Notes: generated by a model from the sequence alone, not told the origin. DNA of 64,000 nt from Alphaproteobacteria bacterium (GCA_965243135.1 OZ251539.1:2336001-2400000), one strand, 5' to 3'; shown: positions 19,699 through 30,753, counted from the stretch's first letter. Translations and numbers: made by a program.

Positions 19699-20490
19699 TT
19701 ACCGGGAATGCCGGCCGAGAAACTCTCGTGCCGCCGCCGTGAAAGCGTCCGCTTTCTCGATGTTGGAGATGTGCGCGGCGTCGAGCTCGACGTATTCCGA
19801 GCCTCGGATGCGCTCGTGCATCAGCCTCATGCCGGCCGGCGGCGTGCCGGCGTCGTGGGCGCCCGCAACGAGAAGCACGGGGTGATCCAGCGTTTCGAGC
19901 CGGTCGAGATAGGCCAGCTCCTGGATGGCCCGCGCGCAGCCGCAATACCCCGCGGCCGAGGTGCCGAGAATCATTCGGCGCACGTCCTCCAGACGCGGCG
20001 CGCCGGTCGCCCGATACCCTTCCGTGAACCAGCGCTCCATGGTCGGCTGCAGCACCGCGTCCATGCCCTTGCCGGAAACCGCCGCGATGCGATCTTCCCA
20101 CGCCGCGACGAATTCTTGCCGGCACAACGCCATCGTGTTCGCCATGACGGTCGCGGCCACCCTGTCGGCGTGCTTCAACAACAATCCCTGCGCGGTCATT
20201 CCGCCGATGGACAGCCCGACGAAGAAGGAGCGTTCGATGCCCAGACGGTCCCATAACCCGACGACGTCCCCGATCAGGTCGTCGAAGGAATACGGTCCCT
20301 CCGCCGGCTGAGAACCGCCGTGGCCGCGCTTGTCGTAGCGCAGGATGCGGAACTCCCCCGCCAGCGCTTCCGCCTGCTCGTCCCACATGCCGAGATTCGT
20401 AGCCAGCGAATTGGAGAAGGTCAGCCACGGCATGCCTTCCGTGCCCGAAATTTCGTAGTTGATGCCTACGCCGCCGATGTCCGCCAGCAT
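19699..20490 (-). CDS. pcaD: 3-oxoadipate enol-lactonase
   Basis: FSNSLAT.L.MWD.Q, RYD.RGHG.S, GLSIGGM, ERWFT and AAHISNIE. Confidence 0.85.
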   Translation of the reverse strand: MLADIGGVGINYEISGTEGMPWLTFSNSLATNLGMWDEQAEALAGEFRILRYDKRGHGGSQPAEGPYSFDDLIGDVVGLWDRLGIERSFFVGLSIGGMTAQGLLLKHADRVAATVMANTMALCRQEFVAAWEDRIAAVSGKGMDAVLQPTMERWFTEGYRATGAPRLEDVRRMILGTSAAGYCGCARAIQELAYLDRLETLDHPVLLVAGAHDAGTPPAGMRLMHERIRGSEYVELDAAHISNIEKADAFTAAAREFLGRHSR

Positions 20491-20523
20491 TGCGCCTCCA
20501 GATGTGGGTTTGGGTTTCCTGCG

Positions 20524-21468
20524 TCAGGGACACGCATGAACGATGAACCGCTCCGGCACGGCTTCGCCCCACTGGGAAAGAAAGCCTTCTTCGGCGGGAA
20601 CGAGGTTGGACGGACTGCGGTCGTTCAGGCGGTCGCTGTCCGTCCAGTGCTCGTGCACGCGACCCCAGGGATCGCACCAGTAATCGAACACCTGGCTGCC
20701 GAGAACGTGCCGTCCCGTGCCCCACATATGGTCGTACTTTTTCGTGGCGAGAAGATGCGCATGGCCCATGAACACGTCGTCGATGTCCTGAACCTCGAAC
20801 GCCATGTGGTTGATGCCGGTCTTGTCGCCCGCAATGCACAGGAACGTGTGATGATCGACGTACTCCGCGCCGGCGTCGATGCGGTTGAACGTGGCGACGA
20901 CCTTGTTCTTGTCGCCTTCGACGTAGACCTCGTCCGAGGAGACGAGGCCGAGGCGCTCGCGATACCAGTTGGTGCCGCGCCGCAAATCGGTGGTCATGAT
21001 CACCGCGTGACCGAGCCGCTTCACGTGCGACGGACCGGCGGCGATGCGCGTCAGTTCGCCGGCGCGCGCCAGCCGGTCCTGCACGGTGTTGACAGCGAAG
21101 CGCGGGACGTCGATTTCCGCCGCGGCCTCCCTGCCCCAGACGACCTCCACCTGGTAGCCGTGAGGATCGGCGAGCCTTACGCGCCGCCCGCCGCCCGGCT
21201 CGTCGATGTCCTCGACGCCCGAGGCGCCCTCGGCTCCGGCGATGGCCTCGAGATCCTCCTCCCGCGCCGCCCGGAAACCAAGGCCGATGAACCTCGGCTC
21301 GCCGAGATGCGTGACGTGAATGAACGGCTCGGAGCCCGTGCCCCGCATGTAAAGCCTGTCCGCCGTGCGCTCGGCGCGGATCATCCCGAAATCCGCGAGA
21401 AATTCCTCCGCCAGATCGAGATCCGGCGATTGAAGCCGCCCGAAGGCGATGTCCGCCACCTTGATCAT
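20524..21468 (-). CDS. Two-domain VOC protein, extradiol dioxygenase-like
   Basis: RLGHAV, DHHTF, NHMAFE and GRHVLGSQVFDYWCDPWG.VHEH. Confidence 0.85.
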   Translation of the reverse strand: MIKVADIAFGRLQSPDLDLAEEFLADFGMIRAERTADRLYMRGTGSEPFIHVTHLGEPRFIGLGFRAAREEDLEAIAGAEGASGVEDIDEPGGGRRVRLADPHGYQVEVVWGREAAAEIDVPRFAVNTVQDRLARAGELTRIAAGPSHVKRLGHAVIMTTDLRRGTNWYRERLGLVSSDEVYVEGDKNKVVATFNRIDAGAEYVDHHTFLCIAGDKTGINHMAFEVQDIDDVFMGHAHLLATKKYDHMWGTGRHVLGSQVFDYWCDPWGRVHEHWTDSDRLNDRSPSNLVPAEEGFLSQWGEAVPERFIVHACP

Positions 21469-23357
21469 GCTTCCCTCCCCTCTTTCGTTCGCGCAACCTG
21501 ATCGACGATAACGATATCGTCCCCTTCGCCGGAATAAAGACGCTCGACGAGTTCCGCGCGCCGGGCCAGGACGGAGCGCTGATTGATGTAGCCCTTGTCC
21601 GTAATCTCGCCCGCGTCGATCTGCGGCGGCTCGGCCATTACGAGAACGCGGCCGATCCGCGTCGAACTGCCCGAGTTCCGCGCGTTATGGTCCGCGAGGC
21701 CGCTGCGGATCGCCTCGTGCACGCGCGGGTCGCGGACCGCGTCCGGCAACGAGGCTTCGCCGCCGAGCAGCGCGCTGCAGCCGGTCGGACTGGGAAAAAC
21801 CAGCAAACCCACCTCGCTTCGCTCCTCGCCGGTCACCACGGCGTCCTGGATCGCCGGCGCGGCGGCGGCGATCGCTTTGAGGCGAAGCTGTCCCGCGTGC
21901 ACCCAGGTTCCGGTCGTCAGCTTGAAGTTCTCCGCGACGCGGCCGTCGAACACCACGCCTTCCGCCGGATCGTCCTCGTCCTCGAAACGGCCCGCGTCGC
22001 CGATGCGGAAGAATCCTTCGTCGTCGAACGCCGCCTCGCTGAGCGCCGGCTCCTTGTGGTAGCCAGGCGTGATGTTGGGACCGCGCATGCGGATTTCGAG
22101 CTTATCGCCGTTGGGGACGAGCTTGACCTCGTTGCCCGGCAGCGGCACGCCGATATTGCCGGTCGATTTCGGAAACCAGTTCATGTACGTCGTCGCCGGC
22201 GCGGTTTCCGTGGAGCCCAGCGAGGTGATGATCGGCACCCGCTCGCCGCGCGCCGCGACGGCGACCCGGTCGAGGCGTCGCCAGACGCTGGCCGGCAATG
22301 CGGCGCCCGCGAAAAACAGGGCCTTGAGGTTGCGGAACAGGCCGTCGCGCGCCGCGACGTCGGTTTCCAGCAGGGGCAAAAGAAGGTCGAAGCCGCGCGG
22401 CACGTTCAGGTACAGCATGGGCGAAATTTCCCGAAGGTTGGCCGCCGTGGCCTCGATGCGGCCCGGCGCCGGGCGGCCCTCGTCTATATAGAGCGTACCC
22501 CCGCTGTACAACGACATATTCATCGTGTGGTTGCCGCCGGCGGTATGATTCCACGGCAACCAGTCGAGAAAGATCGGCGGTTCGTCCAGCAAGAAACGGT
22601 AGACCTGCGCGACGGCCACCTGATTCGACACCATCATGAGGTGCGTATTGAGCACGCCCTTGGGAATTCCGGTGGAGCCGGAGGTGAGCAGGATCTTCCC
22701 GACGGTCGCGGGGCCGACCTTGGCGAGCGCATCCTCGACCGCGCCCGTGGGACGAGTGGACAACCAATCCCCGAGCGGTTCGGCGCCGGGCGCGGCGGCG
22801 TGCGCCCGGCCCGCGACGAGCCTCCGCCGGGAAAAGTCCAGAGCCGCGAGCGCGGCCGCGAAAGGTTCGGGATCCTGCACGAACACGACGCCCGGATCGT
22901 TGCGCGCGATGACCGATTTAAGCTTTTCGTGATCCCGGCTCATCAGCGAATAGGCCGGGGAGACCGGCATCGCCGGGATCCCCGCGGTCATCGCGCCCAG
23001 AGTGACGAAAGCCTGATCGACGGAGTTGTCGGACAGTATGGCGACCGGGCGGTCCGGTCCGCAGCCCCTGTCGATCAGCGCCTGGGCGATCGAATCGGCG
23101 GCCCGGCGCGTTTCCGCGTAGGTGGCTCGCCGCCAACCGCCCGAACCGTCGCGCTCGCAAAACAGGTCGCGGTCCGGGTGCGCGTCCGCATGATCGCGCA
23201 ACAAGGAAATCAGATGATCGGGCAGTTCGCCCAGCGGCTCGGGGCAGCGCAGCAACGAAACGCCGCCGTCCCTTCGTTCGACGGTCACGCCGAACCGCTT
23301 CATGTTGATCCGGGCGAGCAGCTTCGCGTCTGCGGACATCGTTTCCACAGCGCCCAT
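21465..23357 (-). CDS. fcs: Feruloyl-CoA synthase-like acyl-CoA ligase
   Basis: [43 protein letters not shown] and [11 protein letters not shown]. Confidence 0.88.
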   Translation of the reverse strand: MGAVETMSADAKLLARINMKRFGVTVERRDGGVSLLRCPEPLGELPDHLISLLRDHADAHPDRDLFCERDGSGGWRRATYAETRRAADSIAQALIDRGCGPDRPVAILSDNSVDQAFVTLGAMTAGIPAMPVSPAYSLMSRDHEKLKSVIARNDPGVVFVQDPEPFAAALAALDFSRRRLVAGRAHAAAPGAEPLGDWLSTRPTGAVEDALAKVGPATVGKILLTSGSTGIPKGVLNTHLMMVSNQVAVAQVYRFLLDEPPIFLDWLPWNHTAGGNHTMNMSLYSGGTLYIDEGRPAPGRIEATAANLREISPMLYLNVPRGFDLLLPLLETDVAARDGLFRNLKALFFAGAALPASVWRRLDRVAVAARGERVPIITSLGSTETAPATTYMNWFPKSTGNIGVPLPGNEVKLVPNGDKLEIRMRGPNITPGYHKEPALSEAAFDDEGFFRIGDAGRFEDEDDPAEGVVFDGRVAENFKLTTGTWVHAGQLRLKAIAAAAPAIQDAVVTGEERSEVGLLVFPSPTGCSALLGGEASLPDAVRDPRVHEAIRSGLADHNARNSGSSTRIGRVLVMAEPPQIDAGEITDKGYINQRSVLARRAELVERLYSGEGDDIVIVDQVARTKEGREA

Positions 23358-23358
23358 C

Positions 23359-24117
23359 CTAACCCAGCCTGAGAGCTCCGTCGAGGCGGATCACCTCGCC
23401 ATTAAGCATCGTGTTTCCGAGTATGGACATGACGAGGGACGCGTATTCGTCCGGCGAGCCGAGCCGCGACGGAAACGGCGTCGCTTTCTCGAGCGCTTCC
23501 TGCGCCGGCTGCGGCAATCCGCGCAGCATCGGCGTTTCGAACACGCCGGGCGCGACAGCGACGACGCGGATCCCGAACCGGGCGAGCTCGCGGGCGGCGG
23601 GCAGCGTCAACGCCGCGATCGCGCCTTTCGACGAGGAATAGGCCGCCTGTCCCACTTGGCCGTCGTAGGCGGCCACCGAAGACGTGTTGACGATCACCCC
23701 CCGTTCGCCGTCCTCGCCCATCGGATCGAGCAGCGACATGCGGTGCGCGGCCAGCCGCAACATGTTGAAGGATCCGATCACGTTGATCTCGATGCAGCGG
23801 GCGTAATTTTCCAGTTTCTGCGGACCCTCGCGGCCGACGATCCGCTCGGCCGGACCGACGCCTGCGCAATTTACCAGCGTCCGCGGCGGACCGCAGGATT
23901 CGATGGCCGCGTCGATCGCCGCCTCCGCTCCCCCGGCGTTGGTCACGTCGCATTCGACGGCGACGCCGCGAACCTCCGCCGCCGTACGCTCCGCCGCTTC
24001 CTTGTCGATGTCCAGAACGGCGACCTTCGCGCCGGCCGCCGCGAGCGCCCGCGCCGTGGCGGCGCCGAGACCGGAGGCCCCGCCCGCGACGATCGCGGCC
24101 TGTCCGCTGACGTTCAT
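23359..24117 (-). CDS. SDR, 3-hydroxyacyl-CoA dehydrogenase type 2 (HSD10-like)
   Basis: GGASGLG, NCAG, GQVGQAAYSSSKG and NGEVIRLDGALR. Confidence 0.92.
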   Translation of the reverse strand: MNVSGQAAIVAGGASGLGAATARALAAAGAKVAVLDIDKEAAERTAAEVRGVAVECDVTNAGGAEAAIDAAIESCGPPRTLVNCAGVGPAERIVGREGPQKLENYARCIEINVIGSFNMLRLAAHRMSLLDPMGEDGERGVIVNTSSVAAYDGQVGQAAYSSSKGAIAALTLPAARELARFGIRVVAVAPGVFETPMLRGLPQPAQEALEKATPFPSRLGSPDEYASLVMSILGNTMLNGEVIRLDGALRLG

Positions 24118-24208
24118 TCCTCGCCTCCCGTTTCGCCGGAGTTTACACTCCGCAGCCGCCCTCTTATAGAGGGCGTGCCCGGCCTGTCCAGCATCGGGGA
24201 ATCGTTCC

Positions 24209-24985
24209 ATGGCGAGCGCCGATCTTCTTGCCTTCGAAATGCGCGACCGCATCGCGGTGCTGACGCTCGACCGGCCGGAAAAGCGCAACGCGGTGAACGA
24301 CGCGCTGGTTCGCGATCTGAACCGCTTCTTCTCGGCGCCGCCCGAAAACGCCCTTGCCGTCGTTCTCCGCGCCAGCGGCGATCATTTCTGCGCGGGCCTG
24401 GACCTCTCGGAACACCGCGAACGCGACGTCGAGGAGGCGTTCGAACATTCGCGCTACTGGCACCGAACCTTCGACCTCATGCAGTACGGCGGCCTGCCGC
24501 TGATCGCGGCGATGCACGGCGCGGTGATGGGGGGCGGGCTGGAACTGGCGGCGGCGGCGCATGTCCGGGTCGCCGAGCCGACCGTCGTCTACCAGCTTCC
24601 CGAAGGACGGCGCGGGATCTACGTCGGCGGCGGAGCCAGCGTCCGCGTCGCGCGAATCGTCGGTCCGGGACGCATGACGGAGATGATGCTGACGGGACGG
24701 CGGATCGACGCCGAGGAAGGCCAGCGAATGGGCCTGTCGCATTACCTGGTGCCGGACGGAGAAGCGTTCGACAGGGCGATGGAACTGGCGCGAACCGTCG
24801 CGGGCAACGCGCCGCTCGCGAACAAGATGATGCTGCACGCCATTCAGCGCATAGACCGCATGGGGGAAAGCGAGGGGTACTTCGTGGAATCCCTGGCGTC
24901 CGCCCTCACCCAGACCTCCGACGACGCGCGGGAAGGCATGCGGGCGTTTCTCGAAAAGCGGGACATCCGGTTCGACGGATCGTGA
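24209..24985 (+). CDS. Crotonase/enoyl-CoA hydratase family protein
   Basis: RPEKRNA, FCAGLDL, GGGLELA and LPEGRRGIYVGGG. Divergent from the fcs block. Confidence 0.92.
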   Translation: MASADLLAFEMRDRIAVLTLDRPEKRNAVNDALVRDLNRFFSAPPENALAVVLRASGDHFCAGLDLSEHRERDVEEAFEHSRYWHRTFDLMQYGGLPLIAAMHGAVMGGGLELAAAAHVRVAEPTVVYQLPEGRRGIYVGGGASVRVARIVGPGRMTEMMLTGRRIDAEEGQRMGLSHYLVPDGEAFDRAMELARTVAGNAPLANKMMLHAIQRIDRMGESEGYFVESLASALTQTSDDAREGMRAFLEKRDIRFDGS

Positions 24986-24986
24986 G

Positions 24987-25007
24987 ACCCGCCCGGCGGG
25001 GTTTTTC
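24987..25007 (+). terminator. Possible intrinsic terminator
   Basis: CCCGC-ccg-GCGGG followed by GTTTTT, immediately after the crotonase stop. The stem is short. Confidence 0.4.
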
Positions 25008-25952
25008 TCCTTGTAAGCGTTCGGTCGCGGGGCGACTTGCCCGTTCCGTCTTCAGTCCCGCAGGCCCACGCTGATTTTGCGTTGCATTTCCGGGTTTCCT
25101 CAGGCTCTCGCGAGCCGCCCATGGCCGAACCCTGGAGGTTCGACGGCGGAAGTCCGCCTCGCTCGACCGGACGACGCTTTCGTTCGACGGAACCGCAGCC
25201 TGGAGTTCGGGCGTTTCGCCGCTTGCGGCGCATGTGCGCGCCGCCCCTGCTGCCGCCTCAAGGACAGAGCCTGGCAATGAACGCCGCCGCCCCGTTCTCG
25301 CCTTGACGCGCAAACGTCTCTCCCTCTTAACGATCTCATCGGCGCAGCGGATACTGTCTCTGGAAAGGACGCTCATGACCGTCTTCGCGAATCTCGCCGT
25401 CGCTTCCGTCAACGCGGCCGCGGCCGTCCTCGCGGCCGTCAGCGTATGGCTGCGATGGTCCGCGCCAGCGACGAACGCGGGCAACAACAGCGTGCGGCCA
25501 CGCAGCAGCAACGCGAAGCCGAAGAACGCCGCCACGAGGAGAACATGACGGCGCTCAAGGCGCTGCCAGACCGCCGCGCCGGAAACCGTCGCCGAACGAA
25601 CCACGCCGGCGGACGGGGCGCGAACGAAGGGCGCCTGACGTCGTTCCCCGCCGGCGAGACCTCGAAGTCGAGCGACTGTCGCGGTCGCGCGGAGCCGCGC
25701 ACGTCGGTGCGATGGAGCCTTGCGCGGTGCGTAGCGCCCCCGCGTCCTCCCCTGCAACTGGCCGCCTGCGCGCGGCCCGGCTCGCCCCGGGTTTGCGGCG
25801 TGGCGGCGCAGCAATCCTATCTTCGCTTTTTGTTCTGGAGACAAAACGCCCGTGCGGCCCTTGCGGGTCCGTCGGTAGGCGGGCGGAGCGATCCGCGGGG
25901 TGCCGGCCGGGCGGCGGACCGACAAAAAATAGTACGGCGCAAACGGCTCTCC

Positions 25953-25980
25953 TTGCCAACGCGGCGCGGCGCGGTAAGAT
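25953..25980 (+). promoter_or_regulatory. Putative sigma70 promoter of the Liv-type operon
   Basis: TTGCCA-16 nt-TAAGAT, 46 bp upstream of the ATG. Confidence 0.45.
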
Positions 25981-26026
25981 CGGAAAGAATGGCGCTGCGC
26001 CGTTCGTCGAAAGGGGGGAAACGACG

Positions 26027-27235
26027 ATGAACAGCTTGGTGAAACTGACGGCGACCAGCGCGCTCGCCGCAACGATTTTCGCGCTGCCGGCGGAGGCGAA
26101 GCTGGGATCCTGCGAGGATCCCGTAACGCTGGGAACGACGATTTCGTCGACGGGACGCTACTCGACCCTGGCGGAGCGCTGGCGGGAGATGACTCTGATC
26201 TTCGCCGAGGAGTTCAACAAGGACGGCGGCGTGTTCGTCAAGGCGTGCGGGAAGAAGCTCCCCATCGAATTCGTGATTTACGACGACCAGAGCGTGCCGT
26301 CCCTGGCGGTCACGCTCTACGAGAAGCTCGCCACCGTCGACAAGGTGGATTTCTTCGTCGGACCGGACTGGTCGGCCATGGGCTTCCCGGTGCCGCCGGT
26401 CGCGGAGAAGCACAAAATACCCATGGTGATGGCCAACGTCGCCGCGCCGCCCATCTTCAAGCGCGGCCTCAAGTACATGTGGGGCACGCCCATGCCGACC
26501 GTGCCCAACTGGTCGGTGCGCTATTTCGATCTTCTCGCGGCGCAGAAGCCGGCGCCGAAGACGATCTACTTCGTCACCCAGGACAATCCGATCACGAAGG
26601 CGATTTCCGGTTTCTGGGTGAAGGAAGCGCAGAACCGCGGGCTCGAGCTCCTCGGCCACGAGCTGTTCTCCCAGGAACTCAAGGACTTCACGTCCCTGGT
26701 GCTCAAGCTGAGGATCGCGAAACCGGACATCGTCTACATCTCGTCCTTCGACGTTCCGTCCGTTCCGCTGATCCAGCAGATGCGGCGCCTGAGGATCAAG
26801 GCGAAGGACGTGCACCACACCATCCTGACGGGCGCGCTTCAGGCCCAGCTGGGAAAGGACATCGAAGGTATGACCGGCGAGATCCCGTGGTATCCGGGCG
26901 TCAAGGGACCCTACAGCGAATTCGCGGAACGCGTGCTCGACCGCGCCAAGATCGACATGTTCTACTACTGGTCGACGATGTCCCGCTTCGCCTCGTATCT
27001 GATCATGGTCCAGGCGATCGAGAAGGCCGGCGCCGTCGACCGCGAGGCGGTCAAGAAGGCGCTTTACAAGGGCACCTTCAAGACGCCGATCGGCGACGTC
27101 GTTTTCGACGAGACGGGCTACGCCTACAAGAACGGCGCGATGACGAGCCAGGTCCAGAACGGCAAGGTCGTCGTCGTGGCGCCGGCCAACCTGGCGACCG
27201 GCGAATTCCAGTACCCGGCCCCGTCCTGGCAGTAG
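26027..27235 (+). CDS. Branched-chain amino acid-type ABC substrate-binding protein
   Basis: Signal peptide, S.TGRY, YDDQS and KDFTSL. First gene of a livHMGF-like operon. Confidence 0.9.
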   Translation: MNSLVKLTATSALAATIFALPAEAKLGSCEDPVTLGTTISSTGRYSTLAERWREMTLIFAEEFNKDGGVFVKACGKKLPIEFVIYDDQSVPSLAVTLYEKLATVDKVDFFVGPDWSAMGFPVPPVAEKHKIPMVMANVAAPPIFKRGLKYMWGTPMPTVPNWSVRYFDLLAAQKPAPKTIYFVTQDNPITKAISGFWVKEAQNRGLELLGHELFSQELKDFTSLVLKLRIAKPDIVYISSFDVPSVPLIQQMRRLRIKAKDVHHTILTGALQAQLGKDIEGMTGEIPWYPGVKGPYSEFAERVLDRAKIDMFYYWSTMSRFASYLIMVQAIEKAGAVDREAVKKALYKGTFKTPIGDVVFDETGYAYKNGAMTSQVQNGKVVVVAPANLATGEFQYPAPSWQ

Positions 27236-27274
27236 GAAAGGCGCTCGCGAACTTCCTTCGCGCAGCGTAGCTCC

Positions 27275-28153
27275 GTGACCGTCGACATATTCCTGCAGAT
27301 CCTCGTCGGCGGGCTGCTGCTGGGCGGGTTGTACGCTCTGGTCGCATTCGGACTCTCGCTGATCTACGGCGTCGCCCAGATACTGAACTTCGCCCATGGA
27401 ACCCTGCTGGCGGTCGGAGGCGTGGCGGCGGCGGCCATCTTCGCCGCCACGTCCTGGCATCCCCTCGTCCTGATCGTCCTCCTCGTTCCGGCGTTCTTCG
27501 CGTTCGGCTTCTACTTCTACGGCGCGATGCTGCGGCCGCTCATGGGACGAAATTTCTTCGAGTACATGGTCGGGTCGGTGCTGGTCACCGTCGGGACGCT
27601 TTTGATCCTATCGGACATCGCGGCATGGCTGGCGGGACCGTCGCCGAAGAACATCCCGGTGGAATTCGAGGTCATCGAGCTCGGCGAAGTGCTGATCACG
27701 ACGACCCAGGCCTACATCCTGATCGGCATTGTCGCCCTGACCGCGGCCCTGCATCTGTTCATCAAGAGGTCGTGGTTCGGACGCGCCATGCGGGCCGTCA
27801 CGCAGGATCATGTCGGCGCCGCCATCTGCGGCGTGCGGTCCAGCCGGGTCCATGCCGGAACCTTCGCGTTCGGGTCGGCGATCGTCGCGATCGCCGCCGT
27901 GCTCTACACGATGCTGTTTCCGGTCGACCCGTACATCGGCCTGTCGCTGACCGTCAAGGCGTTCACGATCATCATCCTCGGCGGCATCGGCAACTTGGTG
28001 GGCGCGCTGATCGCCGGAATTTTCCTCGGCGTCGCCGAAAGCCTGACGTCGTTCTTCTGGGCCACGCAATGGGCGCCGGCCATCAGCATCATTCTTCTGC
28101 TCGTGATTCTCGTGCTGTTTCCGCAGGGCCTGCTCACGAGGAAGCGGTCGTGA
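27275..28153 (+). CDS. Branched-chain amino acid ABC permease (LivH-like)
   Basis: GGLYALVAFGLSLIYG...NFAHG, GRAMRA and ILGGIG. Confidence 0.92.
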   Translation: MTVDIFLQILVGGLLLGGLYALVAFGLSLIYGVAQILNFAHGTLLAVGGVAAAAIFAATSWHPLVLIVLLVPAFFAFGFYFYGAMLRPLMGRNFFEYMVGSVLVTVGTLLILSDIAAWLAGPSPKNIPVEFEVIELGEVLITTTQAYILIGIVALTAALHLFIKRSWFGRAMRAVTQDHVGAAICGVRSSRVHAGTFAFGSAIVAIAAVLYTMLFPVDPYIGLSLTVKAFTIIILGGIGNLVGALIAGIFLGVAESLTSFFWATQWAPAISIILLLVILVLFPQGLLTRKRS

Positions 28154-29889
28154 AAGCTCCCCGGGCGCTGGTCGCGGTCGCCATGGCGACGCTGGCGGTC
28201 GTCCCGACCTTCGGCAGCGCCTATATCACCGACTTTCTCTTCACCCTCATGATCGCGTTCGTTCTGGCGCAAAGCTGGGATTGGATCGGCGGCGAAGCGG
28301 GCTACATCAACCTCGCTCACTACACGTTTTTCGGGATCGGAGCCTACGCCTTCTGCCTGTCTCTGGTCGGCGGCGTCCCGATACCGTGGTGCTTCGCGAT
28401 CGCTTTCGCGGTCACGACGCTCATCGCGGCGATTCTGAGCTTTCCGCTCTTCCGGCTTCGCGGCGACTACTTCGCGTTCGCGACGCTGGCTATGCTGCCG
28501 CTGTCCGAACTGCTCGCGCATAATTTCGAATTCACCGGCGGCGCGGACGGCGTGATCCTGCCCCCGGAATACGTGCTTTTCGAAGCCTATTACATCGCGA
28601 TCGCCCTCGCCGCCGCCGCTGTCGGAATCACTGTCTGGCTCAACCGAATCCGGTTCGGATACGCCCTCAAGGGAATCCGCAACGACGAGGAAGCCGCCGA
28701 GGTGTGCGGCATCCGCGTCTTTCCCGCCAAGGCCGGCGTGCTGGCGCTGAGCGCGGGTCTCGCGTCCCTCGCCGGAGCGGTGTCGGGATGGAAGCTGAGC
28801 TTCATCGATCCTCCGACCGTGTTCGGCCTGGACGTCGCCCTGATTCCGCTGGCGATGGCGCTTCTCGGCGGATCGGGACTGCTGTGGGGACCGGTGGCCG
28901 GCGTGATCGTCCTCGGCACGCTGAATCATCTGCTCGTCGTCAACCTGCCGTTCCTCCAGATCGCGATCTTCGGGCTGGTGCTGCTTCTGATCGGACGCTT
29001 CATGCCGGGCGGGCTGCTGCGGTCGGGGCTTGTGCGGAATTCGCGCGTCTTCGGGTTTCTCGGGCGCGAGCATTACGAGCGGGTTTCCGTCGGCGAGATC
29101 GACGCCGCCGACCGCCTCGCGCTGCCGGAAGGGAAAGCCGATTCCTCGCGCGTCATTCTCGATTGCCGCGGCGTCACCATGGCCTTCGGCGGAAACGTCG
29201 CCGTCGACGACGTCCATCTGACGGTCAGGCAGGGGGAAATCATCGGGCTGGTCGGCGCCAACGGCTCCGGCAAGACCACCCTGTTCAACTGCGTCTCGAA
29301 AGTTCTGGAACCCGGGGCCGGCGACATCGTGTTCGATGGCGAAAGCCTGATCGGCCGCCGCCGCGACGCCGTATCGAAAATGGGACTCGGCCGAACCTAT
29401 CAGATCCCGCGACCGTTCTCCGACCTGACGGTGCGGGAGAACATCGCAATCCCCATCATGTTCCGCGAAGGCGGACGGGTCGGCTTGCCGGAAGCGTTGA
29501 CGCGCGCCGCGGAGTTCGCGGCCTACGCCGGCCTGGAGCCGCATCTCGCGACGCGGGCGGACGGCCTCAACCTGCAGCAAAAGAAGGCGCTCGAGTTCGC
29601 GCGGGCGCTCGCCTGCCGGCCCAAGCTGCTGCTGGTGGACGAGGTCGCGTCGGGACTCACGCCGGCCGAGGTGCGCGCTTTCGTCGAGCGCATCCGCGAA
29701 ATGCGGGATCGCTACGGCATGACCGTCATCTGGGTCGAACACATCTTTTCCGCGCTTTCCCAGGTCGTCGACCGGGTGGTGGTGATGGAACAGGGCCGCA
29801 TCATCGCAGACGGCGCGCTGGACGAAGTCGTGAAGGACGAGCGCGTCCTCAAGGCGTATCTGGGTTCGGCGGCACGGGAGGCCGAGTGA
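28150..29889 (+). CDS. Fused LivM-like permease / LivG-like ATP-binding protein
   Basis: N-terminal TM domain (RLRGDYFAFATL), then GANGSGKTT, RTYQIPRPF, LLVDE and WVEH, all in one ORF. Confidence 0.9.
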   Translation: MKAPRALVAVAMATLAVVPTFGSAYITDFLFTLMIAFVLAQSWDWIGGEAGYINLAHYTFFGIGAYAFCLSLVGGVPIPWCFAIAFAVTTLIAAILSFPLFRLRGDYFAFATLAMLPLSELLAHNFEFTGGADGVILPPEYVLFEAYYIAIALAAAAVGITVWLNRIRFGYALKGIRNDEEAAEVCGIRVFPAKAGVLALSAGLASLAGAVSGWKLSFIDPPTVFGLDVALIPLAMALLGGSGLLWGPVAGVIVLGTLNHLLVVNLPFLQIAIFGLVLLLIGRFMPGGLLRSGLVRNSRVFGFLGREHYERVSVGEIDAADRLALPEGKADSSRVILDCRGVTMAFGGNVAVDDVHLTVRQGEIIGLVGANGSGKTTLFNCVSKVLEPGAGDIVFDGESLIGRRRDAVSKMGLGRTYQIPRPFSDLTVRENIAIPIMFREGGRVGLPEALTRAAEFAAYAGLEPHLATRADGLNLQQKKALEFARALACRPKLLLVDEVASGLTPAEVRAFVERIREMRDRYGMTVIWVEHIFSALSQVVDRVVVMEQGRIIADGALDEVVKDERVLKAYLGSAAREAE

Positions 29890-29891
29890 CG

Positions 29892-30599
29892 ATGCTGGAG
29901 GTTTCCGGCCTGGCGGTCGACCACGGCAAGCTCCGGGCGCTCTGGAACGTCGGTTTCCGCGTCCGGGAAGGCGCGCGCGTCGGGCTTCTGGGAGCGAACG
30001 GCGCCGGGAAATCGACCACGCTCGGCGCGATCATCGGCCTTTACCCGATCGCGGCCGGGACGGCGACCTACAAAGGGCGCTCGCTGGTCGGGGCCGCCAC
30101 GCCGCGGAACGTCGACGAGGGAATCGCGCTCGTGCCCGAGGGCCGCCGGCTCTTCGCCGGCATGACGGTGCGCGAAAATCTCGAAATGGGCGCCTACGCG
30201 CCCGGCGCCCGCAAGCAGGTGGAGAACGGGTTTTCGCGGGTTCTCGACTTGTTTCCCGTCCTCGGCCAGAAATTCGCCGACCGCGCCGGAACCTTGTCCG
30301 GCGGGCAGCAGCAGATGCTCGCCATCGGCCGTGCGTTGATGTCGAACCCTCAGTTGATGCTGCTCGACGAGCCCTTCCTGGGCGTGGCGCCGATTCTGGT
30401 GGAAGAGGTCATGGCCGCCCTCGACCGCCTTTCCGGCGAGGGCGTCACGTTGCTTCTGGTCGAGCAGAACATCCACCGGGCGCTCGACTTCGTGCAGCAC
30501 GCCTACGTCATCGAAAACGGCCGAACGGTGCTCGACGGCACGAAAGACGACCTCTTGGGCGATCCGGATTTCAGCAACAAGTTCCTCGGCCTGGACTGA
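29892..30599 (+). CDS. ABC ATP-binding protein (LivF-like)
   Basis: GANGAGKST, VPEGRRLF, LSGGQQQML, LLDEP and VEQN. Confidence 0.93.
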   Translation: MLEVSGLAVDHGKLRALWNVGFRVREGARVGLLGANGAGKSTTLGAIIGLYPIAAGTATYKGRSLVGAATPRNVDEGIALVPEGRRLFAGMTVRENLEMGAYAPGARKQVENGFSRVLDLFPVLGQKFADRAGTLSGGQQQMLAIGRALMSNPQLMLLDEPFLGVAPILVEEVMAALDRLSGEGVTLLLVEQNIHRALDFVQHAYVIENGRTVLDGTKDDLLGDPDFSNKFLGLD

Positions 30600-30753
30600 A
30601 AGGCGGCTCCGGCGGTTCGGGCGGGCGGGGCTCGCTGCGCAAGGTCTCCCAGAGCGGCGACGCCCCCGGCCGGCGGGTCCCGGAAAAAATCGCTCAAGTC
30701 GGCGACAACGGCTCCGAAGGCGCGGCGACGTCCTGGAAACGCCGCGCCGGCGC

